DNA from: Eledone cirrhosa
Taxonomy: Eukaryota
Assembly: GCA_964016885.1 (NCBI GenBank)
Contig: OZ024753.1
Location: 44,268,001-44,332,000 of the forward strand
Length of the DNA: 64,000 nt
Direction of reading: 5' to 3'
A program made the position numbers and the translations under genes. Within the stretch, counting starts at the first letter, position 1, and every line of letters begins with the position of its first letter. Below the pieces are notes generated by a model. That model was given only the letters and a program-made list of their open reading frames with translations, was not told the origin of the DNA and did no database searches. Shown here one piece after another: positions 52,758-64,000 of the stretch.

Positions 52758-53473
52758 TAATGATAAGTTTAACATGCGAGAGAGTGTATAGTAAAATTTT
52801 AGTCAAGAAACTAATCTAGTGCTATGTTGAATAACATCCTGAATATATCTGCATTATAATTAAGATGGAAACATATGAAGTCCAATATAGAAGAATTAAG
52901 TATTTTCAAGTTAAAAGAGAATATAATAAAAACTAAAAAAAGACAGAAAATCTTCGACAAAACCTGTATATTTTCTCAGCAATCTTAATATAATAGTTAT
53001 GGTAGTTATTGAAGGGAAGTAAATAATTTGTTGTAGAACATAAAATTGAATTAAGAGATATTTTATTGACAAAAATAAAAGAAATACACTATATACATTT
53101 CAAAATATCTATAAAGTCCGAGAAATTCAAATTTGTATTCCAGTTGTGTTCCAACACAAAGATAAATTCCTTTTTTCTTTCTTTTTTACATTGATTGATT
53201 TTCACAGATATGAAATGAACCCGTTATTATATTGTATTTGACTAACGAGAGATTTTGAAGAAAAAAAAATAACAAAAACTTTTTCGTTTGTTTGTAAGAA
53301 GAGCCAGATATATTGAAACAGACTGCATAATAATTTGTTGTAGACCAATCTGTTAAATTTACAAGATAAGTTGACAGTATGCTCAACTATAGACTAAATA
53401 GTTGACGGTGTGCTCAACTATAAAGTAGAATTGACAGTTCATACCTTGCTCATTCTGTTGTTGCACTACATAC

Positions 53474-53514
<41 letters not shown>

Positions 53515-53518
<4 letters not shown>

Positions 53519-53780
53519 TCATCTCTGTTTTACATCTGTTCTTCCATGCTAGCATGGGTTAGATGGGTTGTCCTGTTGTGGGCAGTGCCCAGTCGGCTGA
53601 CCTTGTCTTGCTTATACGGGAACTGATTCTGGCTTCATTTCTACAGCAGGATGCCCTTCCTAACACCAACCTCAGTGAGTGCTGGGTGCTTTTTTTTCCG
53701 TGGCACCTACACGACCACTTAATAATGTGGACTGGGTGCTTTTTTTGCAGTTGCACCTCCACGGCCACTTTGCAGTGGGA
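53515..53780 (-). mobile_element. RTE-type 3' UTR
   Basis: ccatgctagcatgggttagatgggttgtcctgttgtgggca...ggatgcccttcctaacacc. Same subfamily as 59960-60152 (+). Confidence 0.8.
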
Positions 53781-54313
53781 GGGGGTGGGGGCATATACTC
53801 TCTATATATATATTGTCTATCTATATTTATATATATATATGTTTGTATAGTCCTGTAACTCCTGGAGGGAATTGTAGGGGTGCTGTGTTGCAATATAGTA
53901 TTTCTAAAATAAAACTAAAAAAAACCTGGTGAAGCCCATTTCCTCTCCAGGTCTGAATACAGCAGATTTCTTCCTGGGAAAGATAGATAGAGAGTGAGAG
54001 AATGGAAGTGAGAAAGAGATATAGAGGAAGAATCTACCCCAGTACTAGACTGGTACTTTTTTAACAACCTCAAAAGAATGAAAGGTAAAGTTGACCTCGG
54101 CGGGATTTGAACTCAGAGGGAAGAGAACCAAAATGAATACCAAAAAGCAGTCTATCTGATGTCCTAAATACTCCACCAATTCACTGTCGATGCACACTAG
54201 ATAAATACATCGATGCACACTAGATAAATACATGCAATAAATGTAAATGTTAATATATCCAAAGTTTTTTGTTTCATGGTTTTAAGCAGATATTTTATCT
54301 CCCATTGTCAATT

Positions 54314-54566
54314 AACTTTTTTGATCCAAACTACCTGGGATGGCCTTGAGTTCTATAATGCAGAGCTGTTTATTTCAGTGTTTATATTTATCTAAAATAA
54401 CTTCTGTCATAATCTTATCTAAGAACATTTTTAAGTTATGTTCCAAACACCAGTTTAATAATATGAAAGTTGTATCTTGAATCTTTTCAAATCTATGATT
54501 ATTTTCAAATTTATTGGAAAATCTAAAGCAGGGTTTTCATTAGAAATATGGTGAAATGATATTAAA
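54314..54566 (-). mobile_element. MITE M2, old full-length copy
   Basis: gatccaaactacctg...taagttatgttccaaacaccagtttaataa...tttcattagaaatatggt is the reverse complement of 48250-48503. Confidence 0.75.
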
Positions 54567-55773
54567 TTAAAGTGGCCTCGTTGAATATAGAGTTGGAGAA
54601 ATTTCAGGGGGAATTGAATTTGTGTCATTTCACCTTCAACTCTCTTTAAACTGACAAGCATAGCTGACACATGTAAACAGCATTATGGGTGTAACATTAA
54701 AAGTATCTCATCATCTTTCTGTCACACATTCTATACTTTCTGTACATTTAACATGGAGGGCCAGACCGACTTCTCCTTGATACACATCATGAAGACAAAG
54801 TATTCACATATGATCTTACATTTTAATGGATTATGTGACTCATAAACATTCCATTTTGTCATGGTTGACAAGATAAATCCTTCAACCAGACAGATTTATA
54901 TTTGTATCTTTGTATCCTTTTAGATACAGATTTTACTGTCTAGGTATTAAACTGGAATGGCAGAGTGGATAATGTACTGCAAATGTAAGTGTTTCCAAAG
55001 CTCTGGGTAGTTTTTAAAAGCTACTGCTTAACTCCAATTCAATGGTATTAAGCAGATCAAAGATAAGGAATGACTGTGACTGATTCAGAGGAGTGACAGA
55101 ATATACATAGAAGGAATTTAAGGAAAGGGAAGACCAAGAAAGACATGGCTAAAAATGATGATGGAACTGAAGAGATGTGGTTGATAGACCTAGACATGGC
55201 GGAGTCCTGAAATGTAACACCTGCTTTATCATGGGGAAAGGTCTTAAAATTCTTACAGTTGTTTAGCAATCTTTGAATAAGATACCAGCTTAGTATACGT
55301 GATATTTCTCAACTTCCTACATCTTCCTAACAACCTGGCAGACTCAGCTAGGTTGGATTAAATATCCACCCCTAATTCATAATGGCATGTCTACAGAAGA
55401 TTTGAATTCACAACGTTTTAGAGATCCAGTAACATATCTAATATTTGTTTTTATTGTTATTGATAAAGTCCATGTCATGCATTCTTTTATGGGCATTTAA
55501 CTCTTGTTGGAGTCATAGAGGTGCCATCATGTCATTGGTCATTTAAACCTGGCACTTAAACTCTCACCAGAACTGAACCCAAATGGTATTCCTCTGAGAG
55601 AGAGAGATAGGTAGATATATATATAGATAGATAGATAGATCAAGATGGCAGCAGGGAGAGAGACAGAGAAATGGAGAGAGAGAGATACTTATATTTCTTC
55701 TCTACTTTACAACCATTAAGAAAGTCACTACTAGAACCACCAAAGTACCAAAGAGATAGAGAGAGAAGAAAAT

Positions 55774-55930
55774 CTCTCCACAGAGATTTACTGGTACCAC
55801 CAAAGTACCAAAGCTCTTCTCACTTGTCATGTATTTCTTTAATGGTCAGTTGACATGATTACTTCTAGAAGATTTGTTCCAACATGTTTTTTATCAATAT
55901 TTCATTGGCCTTCATGTAGCTGAGTGGTTA
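55774..55930. repeat. Inverted copy of 17961-18116
   Basis: Near-exact reverse complement. Confidence 0.9.
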
Positions 55931-56829
55931 AAGTGTCAAATAAAGTATGGCAGACATAGAAGAAGAATTGATTCCAGTACTGGACTGATACTTTATTTAG
56001 TGATAGTGCTGCATGAAAGGTAAAGTTGCCCATGGTAGGATTTGAACTCAGAACACTGTCAGCTGGAAGGAAATAGATTAAGTGTTAATATACTCACCTA
56101 CATCGCTTATCAGCCTTTTGGCAAAGACCAAAGTGTAATATACTCACCTACAGTCTATGAAATACAGGTGTGTTCTGTGGTATCATTAAGCAAAACCTCT
56201 TATTTTCTATTACACACACGTTAGAAATGGGTTCCAAGCCTTAAGGGAGTGCTTTACCTGAGACATAGAGACATACTACTACTATAAGAGGGAAATATTA
56301 AAATATTTGTCCATAATCTCTTATCTATTTAACATTACTTAACATCATTAACCTTTATGGCTAAGCCCCAGATGAGGGGCTTCTGTAGTTTGTAGAATTA
56401 TGTCCGATAATATGCTGTGAATGTTAAATGAAGTAGACGTAAGACTCTTTAAACTAGTCAGCTAAACTTAATTTAAAATTCTTCTGTAACTGTAATTCTA
56501 TACTAATGTAGAAAATCTAAACATTTATAAAGAACTTAGGAAGAAAGAAAATCATGTGATATAAGGTTATAGCTTATATTAATTTATTTCATTATAGACA
56601 AATATATCCTCTGTTCGTTTGACCTAGGGTCTCCATTAATTCAATGAGAGTTGGAATTCCCAGGATAACCTGCTAGTATTCATAGCTAATCCTTATACAT
56701 AATCCTATTGAGTGCCTTTTCAACATATTAAATACCCAGACTTCGTGGCTAACCTGTATTTCATTCCCTAGGCAACTGAACAGAATATCATATATTAACT
56801 ATATCCCATCTTAGATTATTGCATATTGA

Positions 56830-57281
<452 letters not shown>

Positions 57282-58107
57282 CCTGAAGGCATTATTATCA
57301 GAGTGTGCATTCAATGAGTGACTCTACTTTCCAAAACATTACTTAATAAAAAGTAGTAGTAGCATTAGTAGTAGTAGTAGTAGTAGTAGAATCCTAAAAG
57401 AAATTAATTTTAGTCTTTGTATTAAATTGAACAGTTCAATTTCTCTAACTTTACTCATTTAAAATACGCCATCAATTGAAAATTTATTAAGTTTAATAAA
57501 GAAATGCAACTGTATTTCATTTTGTTGTCTTGTTCTCGGTGGCAGTATTGTTGTTGTTGTTTGGTTGCTTAGCTGCTGCATAAAGACAGACACATCAGAA
57601 AACTAGCATGGTGTAAAAGATATTAAGAGAAAATGCTATATCTCTGCATGACTGAATGTACCAATATGTCATGGTACCTACATTGTTGTAAAAATATTGA
57701 ATTTCTTCATTTTCATTCTCTCTCTTCCATTGTTTCTTCTTTTGTAACTGTTTAATTTCCAAAGGAAAATAATTTATATCAAAAATAGATTAAATTCAAT
57801 AAAAATGTAAGCAAAAGCTTTTGGAAACTAAATTTAATTTACCATTTGATAAATGCTGACATATTCTCCAAGGTATTTCATCATTTACAACTCTCTACAG
57901 AGATTCTAATTTCAGAGAAGATTTATTGCTTTATAATATATTCTCTTTGTTTCTTTCTTGTCTATATTTTTCACCATAATTTTCCCACCATTCCTTTTGT
58001 CTGTATTTTGTGATTTAAAACATCTTTATTCTTTGCCTTCAAGGATCTTGATATAACTTACTAGCTTTCTCTCCTTCTCAACACTCTCTCTCTCTCTTTA
58101 TCTCTCT

Positions 58108-58156
<49 letters not shown>

Positions 58157-59211
58157 CTTTCTCTCTTTAGCATTGGTTTAACATATATCGCTAATACTTT
58201 CTTTGAAATCAAATATATCTCATAAACGATTCTAATATAATACTTATAACACATTTTATAACACAATTTTACTATTAATCAAGACAAGTTGCTATTTTGG
58301 CCTCACAAGTCATACTCATCTTAAGGATTTCTTTACATTTTTAAGCTAAATCTTTTTATTATTGTTATTTTTAGCATTAGTCTTATTTTCATTACATGCT
58401 TTCACAGCAATACTGAGCACAGCTATATGCACCTTGGGTACATGCAGTGTTGGTATTGTTTCTTTTAAAGGGTGGAGGGCAGTGTTGTTGCTTCTATTAT
58501 TTCTTCTTATTCTTAGTATTATCATAACTATTCTCACAAGATGAAGAAGGAATGGTTGACTCCCAGATGAAAGGGCTAGAGCAGCATGAAATAAAGTATC
58601 TTACCACATGTTCCAGGAACTGAACTCAGAAGAGGAGATCAACCTTGCATGAGGCTCTTGGACCCCTTGTGTATAATTTATTGTGTGGATCCTGGACAAC
58701 TGTAGTCCCCCCCCCCCACCACCACCACCACCTCCTCATACATCACAAGCCCCAAACTCTCTACCCAATTGTCTATAACACTTCTCTAGCCCATATTAAC
58801 TTCAGTAATATTGAAACAAAACTTATATCCTACTTGAAGACTTGGTAAATTCTTGTTCTACTGTTTCTCAACAGATTAATTAAAAATATAAAGGAGTAGA
58901 TATAATACTTATTTTAACAATTTCCAGTTTTCTTATTAATTTACATGTATTCTTTTTAGTTTCCAGCTAACTAAATTTATAGTAGCAAACATAAAATTGT
59001 GAAATATAATTAATGAAATTATGCATTTTCCCATAAAAGACAAGATATCTGCTTTATTTCTTTTATTGAAAAATGGATTCATTGAGAGAACTTCAAAATA
59101 TAACAACTCAACAGGTAGCTAAAAGAATACTATATATATATATATATATAATGTGTATATATATATATTATATATATGTATATATATAATGTATCTCTCT
59201 CTATATATATA

Positions 59212-59268
<57 letters not shown>

Positions 59269-59959
59269 GTATATTATGTATAACATATATTAATATTCTT
59301 CTGGTTTTGTTTTCTAATATAATTCCCTGCTGACAAAAGACATCACAAGTCTCAACAAAGTATTTCATAAACAGAACAACTATAACTTAATAATGAGAAA
59401 TATTAAATTATTCTGCATTTTATTGAAAAAACTTTTGCATTTAAGTGAATAATGGTAGATTTAATCATTTCAGATATCAAAATTCTTTAGCAAAGCAGTG
59501 CTGCTGTTTCTTGAAATTCTACAAAAATAGTCCAGGTTTTTCATCAATATTGAAATATTCCAGTGAAGCCAACATTTATTTTTAAAGATTCTTCTTAACA
59601 GACTTCAAAATATTGAATATATTTTTCTAATTATATTTTCATTCTTATATTTTAATATATTCATTTTTCAAATTTTAATTATGCTAGTTTTAAATCTAAA
59701 CTCCAGTTATCAATTTTTTGTTGTTATACAGTTAATAAAGTTACAGTCAAGTATATATATATGTATATGATGTGATGAGTACTCTAGTTGCTCAAACAAT
59801 GGAACCACCTGATCATCGAGTTAACATGCAATAAGAGGAGTATCTAACAGACATATGTATCTTTAAAATAGTTCTCAGGGAGATTCTGCATGACACAGTG
59901 TGTGACAAAAGTATCCCTTTGAGAGAACGCCAGTCAATCACTTAATTAATTTATACATA

Positions 59960-60152
59960 TATAGGCACATGGTAAAAAAAAACCACCCAGTACTCACTGT
60001 AAATGGTGTTAAGAGGGCATCCAGCTGTAGAAATCAAGCCAGAATCAGTTCCCTTATGAGCAAGACATGGTCACCCGACCTGGCAGTGCCCACAACAGGA
60101 CAACCGTCTAACCCATGCTAGCGTGGAAGAATGGACATAAAAAGGTGATGAT
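59960..60152 (+). mobile_element. RTE-type 3' UTR
   Basis: gggcatccagctgtagaaatcaagccagaatcagttccc...ctaacccatgctagcgtggaagaatggacataaaaaggtgatgat. Confidence 0.8.
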
Positions 60153-60189
60153 GTACACCAGATCCGAATACAGTGGAACCAAGTTCCCA

Positions 60190-61078
60190 CTGTCACTGCC
60201 TCCATCTCTTCCGCTCTCCCCATATCTCACTATTATAAGCAAATGTGTGCCCATGCACTGACCACCCCGCAACCCTGGTGGACCCACACACTGGCCACCC
60301 TGTGACCCCGGTGGACAGAATACAGAAGGCGTTTCCCCCAGAGGATGGTGAGGGAGACGTGCTGGAAGAGCCCCCATTCCAGCCCATGAGGCTCACACCT
60401 GTGGATAGCTAACTCTGTGCTTATGGTGGTGAGGAGGGAGGTGGTCCTAGGGCCAACCAAGGACACCAGAAGCCGATGGTGGTGAATAGAGAGGTTGTGC
60501 TAGAGCCAAGGACACCAGAAGCTGATGGTGGGGAGTAGGGAAGTGGTCCAAGGGCCAAAGACACCAGAGACACCAGAAGCTGATGGTGGTTAGTAGGGAG
60601 GTCGTCCAAGGGCCAAGGACACCAGAAGCTGATGGTGGTTAGTAGGGAGGTGGTTCTAGGGCCAAGGACACCAGAGACACCAGAAGCTGATGGTGGTTAG
60701 TAGGGAGGTCGTCCAAGGGCCAAGGACACCAGAAGCTGATGGTGGTTAGTAGGGAGGTGGTTCTAGGGCCAAGGACACCAGAGACACCAGAAGCTGATGG
60801 TGGTTAGTAGGGAGGTCGTCCAAGGGCCAAGGACACCAGAAGCTGATGGTGGTTAGTAGGGAGGTGGTTCTAGGGCCAAGGACACCAGAGACACCAGAAG
60901 CTGATGGTGGTTAGTAGGGAGGTCGTCCAAGGGCCAAGGACACCAGAAGCTGATGGTGGTTAGTAGGGAGGTGGTTCTAGGGCCAAGGACACCAGAGACA
61001 CCAGAAGCTAATGGTGGTGAATAGGGAGGTCATCCTAGGACCAAGGACAACAGAAGTCTCCACTGCTGTTTTCTGAAA
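60190..61078 (-). mobile_element. Family E element with internal about 49-bp unit amplified into a 107-bp higher-order array (about 60425-61050)
   Basis: tggttctagg at 60651, 60758, 60865, 60972. Both flanks and the monomer match the single-copy element at 25300-25580. Confidence 0.85.
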
Positions 61079-61297
61079 AATCATTACAGAATGTTTAAGA
61101 GTTAAATCAGTCTGAATAGTTTTCCTTTACAGCAATGTCTACTTCACAGTTTGAAACTTCCAAGAATGATGAAACAGTAATGGAGAAAATAGTGAGGTCG
61201 ATATAATCGACTAAAAAACAATTGGAAATACTGCTTCAATTTGGCCAGAGTCCAATGACAGAAATCAGTCGAAGAAGAAAAGATTAAAAGAATAGCA

Positions 61298-61560
61298 TAT
61301 GTATATGTGTGTGTCTGTATGTGTGTACATGTGTGTGTGTGTGTACTTGTGTGTCTGTCTGTGTGTGAGTGTGTGCACGTGTGTGTCTGTCTGTGTGTTT
61401 ACATGTGTGTTTATATCTGTGTGGGTATGTGTGTATGTACATGTGTGTCTGTGTGTGAGTGTGTATGTGTGTGTATGTGAGTGTGTATGTGTGTGTGTGT
61501 GTGTCTGTTTGTGTGTGTATGTGTCTGTCTGTGTATCTGTGTGTGTATGTGTGTATTTGT
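61298..61560. repeat. Degenerate (TG)n microsatellite
   Basis: Direct reading. Confidence 0.93.
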
Positions 61561-62143
61561 AAATGGCTATAATGAGTAAAACAATGCAATTGTTTTACAG
61601 TGCAGACTCACAATCTCAGATCAAACCATTCACCAAAGAAGACAAACTAAACCAAACATTAATCTACATTTTCTAATAGTATTATTGAAGAATATTTAGA
61701 ATTATACTTGAATGAAAAAAACAACAACCCAGCCTACTAAAAACAAAAAAACAATTGCTTTAGTATTTTGAAAACAAAAGTGATGAATGTTTTTGAAGTG
61801 CAAGTATACAGCTAGCAAACTGCTTCATAAAATTTCAGTTTCTGTCAAAATCATTTTCACTCTTTCACTTACATTTATAATACCGTTGAGGGAAAATATG
61901 AGAGTAAAAAAAGTGTTCCTAAAATCTCAGGTTTCACCATCACTAAAAAAACAAATGTTTTATGAGTAAAATGAAAAGTGTAGTTAAAGCCATAGCAGAG
62001 CTGCACTTAATACCCAGCATATTTAGTTTTATTACTCTGTAACTGCAGTGACCAACTTGGAGTCCAGGGAAAAATAAATGTACCTGAACATAGCAACATC
62101 CAAAATTTCAAATACATTGTTCAAAAAATTGTATACACTCACT

Positions 62144-62326
62144 CAGAGCTGGATTTAATGGAGGGAACAAAGGGGAAATTGTACTGGGCTCGCTGCAGTG
62201 AGGTGGGGTGGGGGCTCACCAGCAATTTATTTGTGCCCTCAGCTGGGCTTTTTAGTTTTAGGATGGTTAGAGTTTTTGAATTTAACACCTGTATGTATAA
62301 CTTTTCAATTCCTATTACTTGGGCCA
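62144..62326 (+). mobile_element. Family H MITE, 5' part
   Basis: cagagctggatttaatgg...agcaatttatttgtgccctcagctgggctttttagttttag. Confidence 0.75.
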
Positions 62327-62509
62327 AGAATGATCAAAGTATAGGAAATGGTACATTTCTTTAAAGATTCCCACCGTTGATGGGTTTATTATAGATGAGT
62401 GTTTTACAGCATTTAGTTATGTCCCTATACATTCCAAGTTCAAATCCTACCGAGGTTACTTTTGATATGTAAAATTAAAGGCTTTTCTGTGTATTCTAAT
62501 TTTTTTTGT

Positions 62510-62840
62510 ATATACAATAGTATATATAGAGTAATGTAAATGTTATGTAAGATAATTATGTGAGGTAAAGCCTTTACTGTGACAATACAATGGTATATAT
62601 AGAGTAATGTAAATGTTATGTAAGATAATTATGTGAGGTAAAGCCTTTACTGTGACAATACAATGGTATATATAGAGTAATGTAAATGCTATGTGAGATA
62701 TTATGTAAGGTAAAGCCTTTACCATGAAAATACAATAGTGTATATAGAGTAATGTAAATGCTATATGAGGTATTATGTGAGGTAAAGCCTTTACTGTGAA
62801 AATACAATAGTAAATATAGAGTAATGTAAATGCTAATGGG
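62510..62840 (-). mobile_element. MITE M1 left end with 72/73-bp unit amplified about 4.3 times
   Basis: Ends gtaaatgctaatggg|TTAA. Same unit as 23095-23361. Confidence 0.9.
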
Positions 62841-63459
62841 TTAAGAAAAGTGACCATGAATATTGTCAGTCAAATACCAACTGAAATATGTTTACAATGT
62901 TTGCTATTCTGCTGTAAATGGAAATAAGAATTAAAATAAATAAGTTTTTAAAAATCTACAGTTTACCCATTCAATAGTGTATCAAATACCCAATGAAATT
63001 GACTCAGATTCCTATTAAATTGACTATATGGCCATGGACGTTACATATTTCACTTTATTCTCTAGCTAGTTATAAATTAGTACTTTATACTGGCATATTT
63101 CACTGTTAGCATCAACAGCATACAGTGTAATTGAGAAGTGTTTAACACTAGCCTGCAGTGTTAAATTTATTTTCTTCTACAAACATGAATATTGCCTTAA
63201 GCTAACTTGTTTTAGGTACACGAAGAAGTCTTCAAATGGTGCTCTGTAAGCAATGCTCAGATTATTAAATTAATGCAAAACATGTTGACAATCATGATGA
63301 TGATGATGAGGATCTTATGATGTTATGATATTGATATTTATCCAAAGAATAAAAATATAAGTCTCTAAATTTATAAGTGCATACGAACTTGAAAATATTA
63401 AGCAACATTTATGTATATAACATACTGCTACTAATATATAAATCACTGTTTTAAACATG

Positions 63460-63708
63460 AGGTGTAGGTTAGTGGTTAAGGTGTTGGGCTTATGATCATA
63501 ATGTCATAGCGTCAAATCATTCATTGTGTGGAGCGTTATGTTCTTGAGAAAAAAATACTTCACTTCACATTGCTCTACTCTGTCAAGCTCAAGATTTATA
63601 CCAGCAGAAGCTGGCAGCTAGTTCTCTGCTAAACTGACATCTTGTAATCTCTGTTGCTTAACACCAATGAAACCAGGATAACCTACAGGCATGGGAAAGA
63701 CTTTAACA
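63460..63708 (+). mobile_element. SINE family C, degenerate full length
   Basis: ggttagtggttaaggtgttgggc head, gttcttgagaaaaaaatacttcacttcacattgctc, gaaaccaggataa tail. Confidence 0.7.
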
Positions 63709-63723
63709 TCTTTTAACGTTTAA

Positions 63724-64000
63724 CCCTTTAGCATTTACATTACTCTATATATACTATTGTATTTTCATGGTAAAGGCTTTACCTCACATAATATCTCACA
63801 CAACATTTACATTACTCTATATATACTATTGTATTTTCATAGTAAAGGCTTTACCTCACATAATATCTCACACAACATTTACATTACTCTATATATACTA
63901 TTGTATTTTCATGGTAAAGGCTTTACCTCACATAATATCTCACACAACATTTACATTACTCTATATATACTATTGTATTTTCATAGTAAAGGCTTTACCT
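63724..64000 (+). mobile_element. MITE M1 left end with 72-74-bp unit array, running off the window
   Basis: TTAA|CCCTTTAGCATTTACATTACTC followed by about 3.8 units. Confidence 0.92.

Noticed and set aside
62840-63724. Composite transposon carrying the 880-bp spacer
   Set aside because: The spacer lies outside both left TIRs, so the geometry is head-to-head rather than enclosing cargo.

Overview
AT-rich, gene-poor eukaryotic DNA, most consistent with an octopod cephalopod (Octopus-type SINE/RTE repeat landscape; inferred from remembered repeat motifs, not from a search). No complete or nameable protein-coding gene is visible. Nearly every ORF in the supplied track is a translation of microsatellite or repeat. 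The window is mostly (TA)n/(CA)n/(GA)n/(CAT)n/(CAC)n microsatellites, many tRNA-derived SINE copies, 5'-truncated RTE and CR1-type LINE ends, two TTAA-flanked piggyBac-type MITE families, a CAGGG-terminated MITE family and about 15 minisatellites. Three small + strand candidate exons (7654-7734, 12837-12884, 18609-18645) join in a consistent reading phase and may be the 3' end of an unidentified gene. Main signals: (i) five to six type I hammerhead ribozyme motifs of the minimal Penelope-like kind, including a divergent pair at 51.3/51.6 kb and candidates with a U3:A8 core swap; (ii) most minisatellites are tandem amplifications of internal pieces of transposable elements, in some cases bounded by visible microhomology; (iii) three copies of one MITE amplify the same 72-bp subterminal unit; (iv) a 112-bp near-perfect CpG-rich palindrome and several close inverted repeat pairs could form dsRNA.
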